Part shown: positions 1 to 9,555 of the stretch, piece after piece
Position numbering within the stretch: position 1 is the first letter of the stretch
Layout of the letters: every line of letters begins with the position of its first letter
Notes under the pieces: generated by a model
Databases searched by the model: none
What the model was told of the DNA's origin: nothing
The model's input: only the letters and a program-made list of their open reading frames with translations
NCBI GenBank assembly: GCA_027038175.1
Contig: JALVYB010000003.1
Location: 8,438 to 72,437 of the forward strand
Direction of reading: 5' to 3'
From: a candidate division WOR-3 bacterium
GTDB lineage: Bacteria > Hydrothermota > Hydrothermia > UBA1063 > CAJXJZ01
DNA length: 64,000 nt
Position numbers and translations under genes: made by a program

Positions 1-1681
1 CGCTTATGTCAAAATACGAAAGGTCTAAAGAAGTTTCATCCAGATTAACAAAACTCCATTTGTCAAGTTTCCTGGCTGTCACAATATATGGGCTAAGATC
101 ACCATTTATCTTTAGAACGCACATACCATCACTATTTGTTGTTCCCTCTCCAAGTGAAAATCCATTATAACTCAGTGCCTTAATTTTCGCTCCACTTACA
201 GGGGTGAGATTATTCACATCAAAAACCCATACATTTAGCATGCTATCTGAGTATTTTGACACAATAGCAAGATCGGTAATTGCAACCACCATCTGTGTAG
301 TCACATAACTCTGATATTTATCGTCTTTCACTTCTCCCCTTAACGTTATCTTGTAAAGTCCCTTCCTATCCTGCTCCAGATACTGAGAAAGGTCAAGAAA
401 TTCAACTTTCTCCCTGTATCCCTCGTTCTTAAGTGGAATTTCCTTATCGCTGATTATTTCCCTACCAAACTGATAAAACCTTCCAGAAGAAGCATTGCCC
501 GCAAAGTAATAGAATGGGATATGCTCAGGAGGCATCCATTCCACAGAGAGATAGAGTTTCTTTATTCGTCTTATGGAAAATGGCACCTTTAAAGATGCTG
601 CTTTTCCCATATAGAGTCCTCTGGAAAGGAACTTGAGTTTTGCATCAGGGACAGGCACATCAAACGACCTCTTAAAATCCTTCTGAAGTACATAACCTTC
701 CTTTGACCGGAGTCCACTCTTTATATTCAGAGTATATCTTTTTCCTCCTTCAAAATCACCATAGATATACAGTCTTGAACCCATAACACCTGTAGTAAAC
801 TCAATACCAGGAGAAAAAGTTATATAGTCCTTTGCATCCTGTGTTAGTGTGACATGCTGGCCTCCATTTGCAATAAAGCCACATTCCAGATAGCCCCCAT
901 CTCCACTTTTGTGGAACCTTACATATCTTACCCCGAGGTCTCCAAGGACCTTCCCTACTTTAACACTTCTCACATAATCACGTCGTATTTTTATATTTCC
1001 CTTAAACTCAAGCCCCCTCTTGAGCTTTATTTTAACAGGTACTATGGTATCCCCATTTATATCAAGCACGATTATAAATCTATCAGGCTCTTCCCAGTAC
1101 TTTTCTCTGGGAGTTTGATCTTTCACCACAATAAACTCGCGTGCCCTTGTGGTATCCTTTACAGGTAATCTCAAATAAAGAGAGAGTTTGGCTATATCCT
1201 TTCGCAGGTATTCCACCTTTACATGACCCACAGGAAGAAAAGTCCATTTATGCTCTTCGGAGTTTGCATCAAGATAATGTGTACTATCGAGTGGAATACA
1301 TCTAAACCCGAAAACCACTCTATCAGGCAATACAGCATCAGAGTCTGGAACAAAAAACAATATGTTATAATCCAGCCATCTCCATTTTCCTCTTATATCC
1401 GGGTTTGTCTTGATACACCTATCTGATACGTTGAGCGGAAGAGGCTTATTAATGGGGGGAATTGTCTTCGCACTATACTTTACAAGGAATGAAAAACCAT
1501 TCAAGGTATCGGTAACTTTATAACCAAGGAGTCCAATTCCTTCGAATTTCTCCTCGCTCTCTTCAGACACCACCACTGCAGGAACCTTTTCAGAGGGCTT
1601 GCTCCTCATTAACAATCCTATTATAAAAACAAAGGCAACAATCCCAATTAAACCCAGGATATACTTTAATAATTTTGCCAT
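1..1681 (-). CDS. alpha-2-macroglobulin-like large secreted protein, N-terminal part (gene continues past window start)
   Basis: Own minus-strand translation. ATG at 1681 follows AAGGAG, and the frame stays open to position 2. It starts MAKLLKYILGLIGIVAFVFIIGLL (signal anchor). Later ...TQMVVAITDLAIVSKYSDS...VLKINGDLSPYIVTARKLDKWSFVNLDETSLDLSYFDIS resembles MG domains of bacterial A2M (YfhM/YfaS type). It is absent from the ORF track because it has no stop inside the window. Confidence 0.55.
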   Translation of the reverse strand, partial: MAKLLKYILGLIGIVAFVFIIGLLMRSKPSEKVPAVVVSEESEEKFEGIGLLGYKVTDTLNGFSFLVKYSAKTIPPINKPLPLNVSDRCIKTNPDIRGKWRWLDYNILFFVPDSDAVLPDRVVFGFRCIPLDSTHYLDANSEEHKWTFLPVGHVKVEYLRKDIAKLSLYLRLPVKDTTRAREFIVVKDQTPREKYWEEPDRFIIVLDINGDTIVPVKIKLKRGLEFKGNIKIRRDYVRSVKVGKVLGDLGVRYVRFHKSGDGGYLECGFIANGGQHVTLTQDAKDYITFSPGIEFTTGVMGSRLYIYGDFEGGKRYTLNIKSGLRSKEGYVLQKDFKRSFDVPVPDAKLKFLSRGLYMGKAASLKVPFSIRRIKKLYLSVEWMPPEHIPFYYFAGNASSGRFYQFGREIISDKEIPLKNEGYREKVEFLDLSQYLEQDRKGLYKITLRGEVKDDKYQSYVTTQMVVAITDLAIVSKYSDSMLNVWVFDVNNLTPVSGAKIKALSYNGFSLGEGTTNSDGMCVLKINGDLSPYIVTARKLDKWSFVNLDETSLDLSYFDIS

Positions 1682-1705
1682 GTTACCACTCCTTTTTCAA
1701 AAAAT

Positions 1706-1734
1706 ATTATATAAAGCATTATTCTCGTTTTCAA
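1706..1734 (-). promoter_or_regulatory. sigma70-type promoter TTGAAA-17nt-TATAAT upstream of the A2M-like gene
   Basis: Minus-sense reading: TTGAAA (1734-1729), 17-nt spacer, TATAAT (1711-1706), then a roughly 25-nt leader with AAGGAG. Confidence 0.55.
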
Positions 1735-1789
1735 AACACGGTTTTTAAAAACATTATTAAATCCATACCCTTTGTCATAAAATTTTTAT

Positions 1790-2293
1790 ATGCACAGGAT
1801 ACTCGTTATTGAAGCCTCAACAAAGAATGTTATTACAGTAGGGCCAGATGCAAAAGCCCTTGACGTACTTCACCTTGCGAAGAAAACCAATCTCCATAGT
1901 TTCCCTGTTGTAAAAGATTCACACCTTGTAGGCATTGTTTCCCTTCGGGATATATTCAAAATATTCTATCCCTATGAGAATACGCTTTCAAAGTACAGGC
2001 CCATTCTGCACTCATGGGAAAAAATTTATGAGGAATACGAAAAAGATATATTCCATGTACACATAAAGAGGGAGACTCTTGTTAATACCACTGTCGGGGA
2101 CATTATGGAAGAAGAATTTGAAACAATTTACGCAGACGAGACACTCGGAAAGGCATACAGATTACTAAAAAGCAGGGATTACAGAATACTACCCGTAATA
2201 TCAAGAGACAATAAACTCAAAGGGGTAATCACCTTATTCGACATAATTTACTTCATATTAACCAGAATTTCACATAATAACAATGGCAGTTGA
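1790..2293 (+). CDS. CBS-pair domain protein
   Basis: ORF track, 167 aa. Two CBS-like repeats (VITVGPDAKALDVLHLAKKTNLHSFPVVKDSHLVGIVSLRDI and FETIYADETLGKAYRLLKSRDYRILPVISRDNKLKGVITLFDI). Overlaps the next gene by 11 nt. Confidence 0.8.
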   Translation: MHRILVIEASTKNVITVGPDAKALDVLHLAKKTNLHSFPVVKDSHLVGIVSLRDIFKIFYPYENTLSKYRPILHSWEKIYEEYEKDIFHVHIKRETLVNTTVGDIMEEEFETIYADETLGKAYRLLKSRDYRILPVISRDNKLKGVITLFDIIYFILTRISHNNNGS

Positions 2294-3467
2294 GATTCTC
2301 ATATCGGGACTGATTTTTCTTATCGGGCTATTTACCGCAAAAATAGCAGAACGCTTTAAAATACCTGCTGTTACTGCCTATCTTATATCAGGGGTGTTAA
2401 TAGGGCCATACGTACTGAATATTGTGCCACATGTACTCATTCATTCAACCGATCTTGTGGCAAATGTAATATTGAGTATGGTAGCCTTTTCTCTTGGACA
2501 GACTTTCTCAAGGAAACAACTGAAAAAAATTGGACACAACGTAATGCTAATATCATGGGGAGAGGTTCTCGGTGCATTTATTCTCGTCTCCTTAGCCCTT
2601 ACTCTTACCGGTATGCCTCTTTATCAGGCTCTATTGTTCGGTGGGATAGCACCGGCCACAGCACCTGCTGCAACTGTTATGGTAATAAGAGAATACAGAG
2701 CAAAAGGGATTTTTACTGATACACTGCTTGGGGTTGTTGCAATTGATGACGCATGGGGGATAATAGTGTTTGCACTTGCTATGGCAGTTGCCAAATCACT
2801 CATTGAACCGGGCAACTCCACCTATACTGTCATTAAACACTTTCTTCTGGCAGGCGGAAATGTTCTTATATCACTCGGTGTTGGAATCCTGATAGGCCTC
2901 ATATTTAACTTTTTTGCGAAATTCGTTCGTTCTGAGACGAATATCCTGATTCTCACCTTTGGCTTTGTTCTCATAACATCTGGTACTGCCCTTTACTTTG
3001 GTCTTTCAGACCTTCTTGCAAATATGGCTATGGGGGCAACTATAATGAACCTGTATCGGGAAGACCCCTATAAATTCTTCGATTCCTTAAAAAGAATAGA
3101 CTGGCTATTTTACCTTTACTTCTTTGTCCTCACCGGAGCCGGTCTTGAGGTACCTCTTCTGAAAGAAATTGGTTTTGTAGGACTGGTCTATCTCATAACA
3201 CGACCCTTTGGTGAATATATAGGAGCATTCACAGGAGCAGTAATAGGAAGAGCTGATAAAAAAATAAGAAACCTGCTTGGACTTGGTCTTGTTCCACAGG
3301 CGGGTGTAGCACTGGGACTTGCCATACTTGTTAGAAATGAGTTTAAGGCTTCAATTGGTCACTCTTTTTTAACAACAATAGTTGCAACCACCATAATATA
3401 CGAGATCATAGGCCCTTACTTTACCAAAATAGCCATTAAAAAGGCCGGAGAAATACCTGAATATTAA
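2283..3467 (+). CDS. cation:proton antiporter (CPA2 / Kef-NapA-like), no fused RCK domain
   Basis: 394 aa, polytopic. N-terminus MAVEILISGLIFLIGLFTAKIAERFKIPAVTAYLISGVLIGPYVLN is typical of the Na_H_Exchanger family. The protein ends right after the membrane domain. Confidence 0.8.
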   Translation: MAVEILISGLIFLIGLFTAKIAERFKIPAVTAYLISGVLIGPYVLNIVPHVLIHSTDLVANVILSMVAFSLGQTFSRKQLKKIGHNVMLISWGEVLGAFILVSLALTLTGMPLYQALLFGGIAPATAPAATVMVIREYRAKGIFTDTLLGVVAIDDAWGIIVFALAMAVAKSLIEPGNSTYTVIKHFLLAGGNVLISLGVGILIGLIFNFFAKFVRSETNILILTFGFVLITSGTALYFGLSDLLANMAMGATIMNLYREDPYKFFDSLKRIDWLFYLYFFVLTGAGLEVPLLKEIGFVGLVYLITRPFGEYIGAFTGAVIGRADKKIRNLLGLGLVPQAGVALGLAILVRNEFKASIGHSFLTTIVATTIIYEIIGPYFTKIAIKKAGEIPEY

Positions 3468-4222
3468 GGGCCTTTATACCTTGGGCTCTTTAAAGTATAT
3501 GTTCCAATTTGAATTGCCTCTCTGGGACATCTGTGGAGGCATCTCAAGCAAAACTCACAGTCATCTTCCCATACAACCGTATCTTTTACTCTGATATTAC
3601 CTCTTGGGCACAATCCTTCGCAGGCACCGCAGAGGTCACATCTCTCATCGGCTAAAAATGCTTCCTGTAATTTTTTCTCCTTCTTCCAGAACATCCGCGC
3701 AACTACCTTGGTAAATGGCACATACCATTTTCCTTTTGGTATTGTCATTGTTTTTTTCTCAAGTTTATCCACAATAATAGTAGCCAGTCTCTCCACTCTC
3801 TCTTCAATTCCTCTATTGGGGAGCAACATAATCCTGTGCAACAGACTTCCATGTTTAGAAAGAAGAATAAATAGAGAATCTGGCATGAGTATATCATGAA
3901 CACCCACAACCAAAAAACTATTTTTATCAAGGAGTTCCGCTGCGATTTTACCCGCATTGCCAGAAATAAGTCCCTTGGTTATATAAACAAAGACCGGCCT
4001 TTCCCTACCTTTAAGTCCCTTAAGAAATTCAAGTACAGTTTCAGGTGGCATATATGCATACACGGGCATTCCAAGCACAAGGGCATCGTAACTATCATCC
4101 ATTTTTTTGTTCTTTTTTATAAAGAAGGTTGAGATTTGGTGGTTTTTAATGTATTTTCTGAGCAACTGGGCAACGTATTGAGTGTTACCACTACCTGAAT
4201 AATAAGCAATTCTAATTCTCAT
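3464..4222 (-). CDS. flavodoxin-like domain fused to 2x[4Fe-4S] ferredoxin domain (EFR1-like)
   Basis: 252 aa. N-terminus MRIRIAYYSGSGNTQYVAQ is a flavodoxin-type loop. C-terminus has CDLCGACEGLCP and CEFCLRCLHRCP cluster motifs. Confidence 0.7.
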   Translation of the reverse strand: MRIRIAYYSGSGNTQYVAQLLRKYIKNHQISTFFIKKNKKMDDSYDALVLGMPVYAYMPPETVLEFLKGLKGRERPVFVYITKGLISGNAGKIAAELLDKNSFLVVGVHDILMPDSLFILLSKHGSLLHRIMLLPNRGIEERVERLATIIVDKLEKKTMTIPKGKWYVPFTKVVARMFWKKEKKLQEAFLADERCDLCGACEGLCPRGNIRVKDTVVWEDDCEFCLRCLHRCPREAIQIGTYTLKSPRYKGP

Positions 4223-4251
4223 ATAAATATGATACGGGAAGTTCCCAAATC

Positions 4252-4273
4252 AAAAAAGGGGGCAAAAGCCCCC
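4252..4273 (-). terminator. rho-independent terminator after the C11 peptidase gene
   Basis: Hairpin GGGGGC-AAAA-GCCCCC (4258-4273), followed on the minus strand by TTTTTT (complement of 4252-4257). Confidence 0.7.
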
Positions 4274-4279
4274 TGTGGT

Positions 4280-6952
4280 TTATTTTATAACAAGTAATCG
4301 TGTTTTCTTTGTAATGTTACCACGCTTCTCAACCACAAAATACATTCCTGGTCTGAGATTGCGCATATGTATTTCTTTGCCTGCCTCTGGAACCCCATTG
4401 TACAGTGTCTTGACTTCTCTACCATCAACCTGGAACAACCTTACAGACACCGGGATGTTGGCAGGAGATATTTTATAAACGAAATTAGAATTCATAAAGA
4501 AGTTACCCGAAGCATTTTGAGCAGTTACCTTCTTTTGTTCTTTTATTCCCAGAGGTTCTGTTACCTTGAAAGTTAGATAATCAATACTCTGGGTAGACTT
4601 GTTCGCAGAGGAAAGAACAACTTTAACCGTAACATTGGTATTAAGAGGCACAGAATTTGATACAGTAAATCCAACAGACGCGTTAGGGTCAACTGATGAA
4701 AATGCCGGGATATCACCCACATTTATAACACTATCAGTAATAGTAACATTGGGGTCATCTGATTGAAGATGTAGCACAACACCCTGAGCAATAGAACTAC
4801 CTGAGTTTTCGATTATAGGGTATAACAGTACGCTTTCACCCTGACCTATGCTGCCATTATGGTTGTACATGTCCTCATAGGTGTAGGATAGAAGATGCAT
4901 AATAACGGAAGATATTCCAGAAGTTGAACTTGCTCCACTTATAAAATCAAACCAGGTATTGTTATGAGCAAAGTCAAAGTTTGAATATGAAGATGAGACA
5001 GAGGTAGTTTTGTCAGGATAATATATAGAAAGACCGTGGGTCTGATCCCAGCCATTACTCGAACCTGCATCATGATATCCATGGTAAATTACAACTCGAT
5101 TGATATAAAACTCTACTGAATCACATAGCGCATTTATGGTAGAATTTATATTGTTGGCTTTAATGTCATCCACTGCATCATACAGGTCAACAAGAGTACC
5201 GGTGCCATCATCCATTTCTACGGTATTTCTGCGTGCCCCAGAAATATCTACATCTCCCTTACCACCAGCATCAATAAGTGCCCTTGACAGGTGATCAAGG
5301 TGAATAAGTAGCCTGTGAAAATCCTCACTGCCAAGGTCTATAGCGGCCTGTGTGGCATCCTGGTCTCCCTGGCTACCACCTGAATAAGATTCAACATACG
5401 TTTGCGCGATTTTAGATGCAAATTCATAAGGTGTTATTGAGGGATTATTCTTAAGAGTATCAAGTATATCATCATAAGGCCATCCATCACCGGGCTCCGT
5501 TTTTTCCGAGAACACTATGTAGTCAACATACTTTCTTGCAACATCAGCCACCTCAAGGGTAGCCATAAGGCATGCGTCAAACCCAAGGATATCCAGATTC
5601 CTGCCAAGATGCTGTTTTATATAATAGAGCGCTGTATCAAGGTCTCCACCTGCTACGGAAAAGTGATTTCCGGACTGGTCGTCCCATGAGAATCCTTTAT
5701 CCACAGGACCTGACACCCCCTTATCCCATCCACTTCCATGGTCCCATATAACAAGGGCATAGTGTTTTGCCGGATAATTATCTATAGCCCAGTTTACAAA
5801 ATCAATTAAAGTGGAGGGAACTCCCATATCCTGTTCAGGAAGTGCCATAACAGTATCACTTGAGCCCTGATTCACGTACCATCTTATAGCTCCATCACTC
5901 CCACCATAACTGGTACTCCAGTCCTGCTGAACCACTATGTTCATATTTGAGCTTGAACCCACGGATTCCATTTCATGCCTATCATCATCCCCATATGAAG
6001 AAAGATTATTATCACCGTTTATATACACCATAAATGTCCATTCTGCTCTCCCGATATGGATGCTTATAGTGTCCTGCCGGTTATATCCTCCATTGGCAGT
6101 AATATCCAGAAGAAGTTTTGCCTCATGACCGTCTGGACAACTTGAGGATACGCTGAAGTAAAATGGAGCAGTTGAATTATTAGCAGTAGCCTGATACGAA
6201 AGATTTCCTGCATTAAATGGATTATTAGTATTTGATACAGTCACGTAAGAATCTAAAGATGAAAGGGTACAACTCACACCTGTGGCATCTGTACCGTAGT
6301 TTTTAAGGTAAACTGTAAGAGGAACATTATTATCGCCTGGGTCCGCGCTTTTAGGGCTATAACTTTCAAGTCTGATATCAGGTTCATTGTTACCTGTAAT
6401 CACAACATCGTCAATATTCCATCCGGAATACTGCCAGGAGCCATCAGATTGAAGGGTAAAACGAACATAAACAGTGGGTTGATTATCTGCCACACTGGAA
6501 ATATCAAATTCCTGATATACCCATGCATTATCTGTAGTCTGATTATCGGGATTTTGCCATATGACAGTCCAGTTAGTTCCATCGTTACTTACCTCAACTG
6601 TAGCCTGGTCGTAAGTTGAACGTTCAACATTCAACCATCTATAAAAACTCAGTGTAACTCCAATATAGCCAGAGCAATCGATTGGGGGTGATGTAATAGA
6701 ACAGTTTGTATTTGGGTCGTAGTCTCCATCCCCGGTTAAATCTGTCCCTATCACCTTTGTACCACTATGCGCAGAAGAAGGGTCAGGATTCCCATAATTT
6801 GCCCCTCCAAGCCCCTGTGGAGCATCCCACTCCCATTCCCCTCCATTTATGGTCCAGTTCAGTGAACTTCCTTCAAAGTCATCCTGAAACAGAACCGCAG
6901 ATTTCTGTCCATGACCAGTGAAGGTCAAGAACACCATGAGTAAAAATTGCAT
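4280..6952 (-). CDS. secreted clostripain-family (C11) cysteine peptidase with MAM/LamG-like N-domain and T9SS-type C-terminal sorting domain
   Basis: 890 aa with a signal peptide MQFLLMVFLTFTGHG. Catalytic dyad context VIWDHGSGW and LGFDACLMA. C-terminus ...VSVRLFQVDGREVKTLYNGVPEAGKEIHMRNLRPGMYFVVEKRGNITKKTRLLVIK resembles a Por/T9SS type A CTD. Confidence 0.8.
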   Translation of the reverse strand: MQFLLMVFLTFTGHGQKSAVLFQDDFEGSSLNWTINGGEWEWDAPQGLGGANYGNPDPSSAHSGTKVIGTDLTGDGDYDPNTNCSITSPPIDCSGYIGVTLSFYRWLNVERSTYDQATVEVSNDGTNWTVIWQNPDNQTTDNAWVYQEFDISSVADNQPTVYVRFTLQSDGSWQYSGWNIDDVVITGNNEPDIRLESYSPKSADPGDNNVPLTVYLKNYGTDATGVSCTLSSLDSYVTVSNTNNPFNAGNLSYQATANNSTAPFYFSVSSSCPDGHEAKLLLDITANGGYNRQDTISIHIGRAEWTFMVYINGDNNLSSYGDDDRHEMESVGSSSNMNIVVQQDWSTSYGGSDGAIRWYVNQGSSDTVMALPEQDMGVPSTLIDFVNWAIDNYPAKHYALVIWDHGSGWDKGVSGPVDKGFSWDDQSGNHFSVAGGDLDTALYYIKQHLGRNLDILGFDACLMATLEVADVARKYVDYIVFSEKTEPGDGWPYDDILDTLKNNPSITPYEFASKIAQTYVESYSGGSQGDQDATQAAIDLGSEDFHRLLIHLDHLSRALIDAGGKGDVDISGARRNTVEMDDGTGTLVDLYDAVDDIKANNINSTINALCDSVEFYINRVVIYHGYHDAGSSNGWDQTHGLSIYYPDKTTSVSSSYSNFDFAHNNTWFDFISGASSTSGISSVIMHLLSYTYEDMYNHNGSIGQGESVLLYPIIENSGSSIAQGVVLHLQSDDPNVTITDSVINVGDIPAFSSVDPNASVGFTVSNSVPLNTNVTVKVVLSSANKSTQSIDYLTFKVTEPLGIKEQKKVTAQNASGNFFMNSNFVYKISPANIPVSVRLFQVDGREVKTLYNGVPEAGKEIHMRNLRPGMYFVVEKRGNITKKTRLLVIK

Positions 6953-6977
6953 ACTAACACCTCCCCTGTTAATTATG

Positions 6978-7006
6978 ATTATAAAGCAAAATGGTTGCTA
7001 CGTCAA
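6978..7006 (-). promoter_or_regulatory. sigma70-type promoter TTGACG-17nt-TATAAT for the C11 peptidase gene
   Basis: Minus-sense TTGACG (7006-7001), 17-nt spacer, TATAAT (6983-6978), then GGGGAGG SD before the ATG at 6952. Confidence 0.6.
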
Positions 7007-7099
7007 TAGGAGTTTAAAATACCTAATTACCCTATGAATTTAGTTAGTGTTCCTAACAAAAAGTGCTTGGATTTTAGACACCCAACTGATTACATATTA

Positions 7100-8401
7100 C
7101 TATGTACCCAATTCTTCCTCTTCTGCAAACAGGTTCCTTGCTGCCTCATCGAGATAGTCCAGTGAGGGCTCTGTGTCGAGATAGTATGCAAGGGCTTTTA
7201 TGTAAAATAAGAGGTCTCTCGCATGTGAACCCCTCATGGGCCTGTTGCTGTAATACCTGTCTATAAAATCATTGACCTTCTGCTCATCAAATTCTATCTC
7301 AAACTTATCACAATACAAACGGAAAATTCTCAGATATAGTTCCCTTGTGGGATTTTTTATATGGATTTTAAACGGGATTCTTCTTAAAAAGGCTTCATCC
7401 ACAAGGTCACTTACAGTAAGGTTAGTAGAAAACACCACCTTGGCGAGGAAGGGAAATGCGATTTGTTCTCCTGTCCTTAAATTATAGTAATCCACACCCT
7501 TTTCAAGTGGAACAATCCACCTGTTTAAAAGGTCCTCTGGTTTTACCTGCTGCCTCCCAAAGTCATCGACAAGCATTATTCCGCCATTTGCCTTCATCTG
7601 CAGTGGTGCAAGATACTCATTTGTCTCCGGGTTAAAAGCCAGTTCGAGGTTTTCAAGTCTCAATTCACCCCCTACTTCAACAAAAGGTCTCTTTATAGGT
7701 ATCCATCTTTTGTCATACCTGTCACCCTGACCTATATCTATCTCTTTATGGTGCATGGGGTCATAAAACCTTATAATCTGACCGGATACCTCTATGGCAT
7801 AGGGGACAAGGACATGTCCTTCCATTACCTTTGCAATAGCCTCAACAAGAGATGTCTTACCATTTCCGGGCTCACCATAAAGGAAAGCAGATTTAGCAGA
7901 AAGGAATGCTATTCCAACCTTTTTCAGTGTTTCCTCATCAAAAATGAGTTCATGAAGTGATTCCTTGACTCTCTCCTTCTTTAAGGGCAAAATCCTGCTA
8001 TATTTTTTGTATACTTCAAAATAGGTGTGGAGTGGCACAGGAGCAGGTCCAACATATCCATTTCTCTCAAGGGCTTCTTTCGCTCTTTCAACACCTTTTC
8101 CAGTAAGAGTAAACTCCCACTGCAGTTCAATAATAGAAATACCTCTTTTTACATCCACCAGTGTTAAATTCCTGAGTTCTTTAAGGGCTTTATCGAGCAC
8201 ACCAAAATACGGAAGCCTTATTGAATTTTCAAGTTCAGCACCAGAAAGCGTACCCTTGTAATAAAGGAATTTGAGAATAAGGTCTTCTATGAAATCCTGT
8301 TTTAATCCGGTCTCTTCTACATTCTCGGGCGCCTTTGGCATAACATCAGGCTGCCCCTCATTTTCACCCTGTTTTCTGAAAATCTTGCTATCGTCTATCA
8401 T
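7100..8401 (-). CDS. AAA+ family ATPase of unknown function with winged-helix-like N-terminal region
   Basis: 433 aa. Walker A GEPGNGKTS, Walker B GGIMLVDDFGRQ, and LLNRWIVPLEKGVDYYNL...VFSTNL...DEAFLRRIPFKI. Its ATG overlaps the ddl stop (ATGA, 8398-8401). Confidence 0.6.
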   Translation of the reverse strand: MIDDSKIFRKQGENEGQPDVMPKAPENVEETGLKQDFIEDLILKFLYYKGTLSGAELENSIRLPYFGVLDKALKELRNLTLVDVKRGISIIELQWEFTLTGKGVERAKEALERNGYVGPAPVPLHTYFEVYKKYSRILPLKKERVKESLHELIFDEETLKKVGIAFLSAKSAFLYGEPGNGKTSLVEAIAKVMEGHVLVPYAIEVSGQIIRFYDPMHHKEIDIGQGDRYDKRWIPIKRPFVEVGGELRLENLELAFNPETNEYLAPLQMKANGGIMLVDDFGRQQVKPEDLLNRWIVPLEKGVDYYNLRTGEQIAFPFLAKVVFSTNLTVSDLVDEAFLRRIPFKIHIKNPTRELYLRIFRLYCDKFEIEFDEQKVNDFIDRYYSNRPMRGSHARDLLFYIKALAYYLDTEPSLDYLDEAARNLFAEEEELGT

Positions 8402-9351
8402 GGTTCCTCAAAGGCTGATTTTAGTATATACTCAACCACCTCTTCATATGAGATCCCCATCTTTTCTGCTTCCTTCGGGAGATCAGAAAGATTGGTCATA
8501 CCCGGTATTGTGTTGATTTCAAGGACATATACACGCCCCTCTTTATCAACAACAGCATCCACCCTTGAAAATCCCCTTCCACCGATAGTTCTATAGAACA
8601 AAAGTGCATATTCCTTTAATTGTTCCTCAGACTCACGAGGAATCTCAGCTGGTATGATAAACTCTGTGTAACCTTCTGTGTATTTGGCTACGTAATCATA
8701 AAATTCACGTCCCCTGACTCTAAGTTCAAGCGAAGGGACACAGAACGCGTTTTTACCTGTGCCAAGAATACCCACTGTGACGCTCTTACCATCTATGTAC
8801 TTTTCAACAAGCACATCACCATAGTTTTCAAGATCTTTTTTTACAACCTTCCTGAGAGAGTCCCTGTCCCATACTATTTCAACGCCAACAGATGAACCTT
8901 CCTTTCTTGGTTTGACAATAGCGGGATAGCCTATATTATCTTCAACGCGTCGTATCGCATCATCAATTTCGTCACCTTTATAAACAAAAACAGACTCAGG
9001 GACAGGAATATCCAAACTTTTTAGTACATGTTTTGTGGTGAACTTATCAATACCTATAGCAGAGGCTACAACCCCAGACCCAGTATACGGTATACCAAGA
9101 ACTTCAAGCATTCCCTGGATAGTGCCATCTTCCCCCGGGCTCCCATGTAGCATTATAAGAGCAATTTCAATGCCCTCTCTCTTTATATCCTCCGCAAGGC
9201 TTCTTTTTACATCTATAAGGACTACATCTTTATATCCAAGGCGTAAAAGGGCATCATAAACGTTCTTGCCAGAACGTAAAGAAACCTCCCTTTCACTTGA
9301 CCACCCCCCATAGAGTACCCCTATACGCTTTCCCTTAGCCTCTTCGAGCAT
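8398..9351 (-). CDS. ddl: D-alanine--D-alanine ligase
   Basis: 317 aa. GVLYGGWSSEREVSLRSG, LHGSPGEDGTIQGMLE and EINTIPGMT motifs typical of Ddl. Confidence 0.9.
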   Translation of the reverse strand: MLEEAKGKRIGVLYGGWSSEREVSLRSGKNVYDALLRLGYKDVVLIDVKRSLAEDIKREGIEIALIMLHGSPGEDGTIQGMLEVLGIPYTGSGVVASAIGIDKFTTKHVLKSLDIPVPESVFVYKGDEIDDAIRRVEDNIGYPAIVKPRKEGSSVGVEIVWDRDSLRKVVKKDLENYGDVLVEKYIDGKSVTVGILGTGKNAFCVPSLELRVRGREFYDYVAKYTEGYTEFIIPAEIPRESEEQLKEYALLFYRTIGGRGFSRVDAVVDKEGRVYVLEINTIPGMTNLSDLPKEAEKMGISYEEVVEYILKSAFEEP

Positions 9352-9555
9352 CTATTTTTTAATATAAGGGAGAGCTACTCTTACTCTCTTTTCATCTGCT
9401 TTTGTAACAACGGCCTTTTTTCTAAGGTTTCTCTTTCTCTTTCTTGTCTTATCAGAAAGTAGATGGCTTTTATAAGCCTTTCTTCTTCTAATCTTTCCAC
9501 TTCCTGTTACTTCAAATCTCTTAGCCGCCGCTCTTCTTGTTTTCATCTTCGGCAT
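9352..9555 (-). CDS. rpmI: 50S ribosomal protein L35
   Basis: 67 aa. [33 protein letters not shown] matches the L35 N-terminus. GGGAGGT SD lies upstream. Confidence 0.9.
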   Translation of the reverse strand: MPKMKTRRAAAKRFEVTGSGKIRRRKAYKSHLLSDKTRKRKRNLRKKAVVTKADEKRVRVALPYIKK

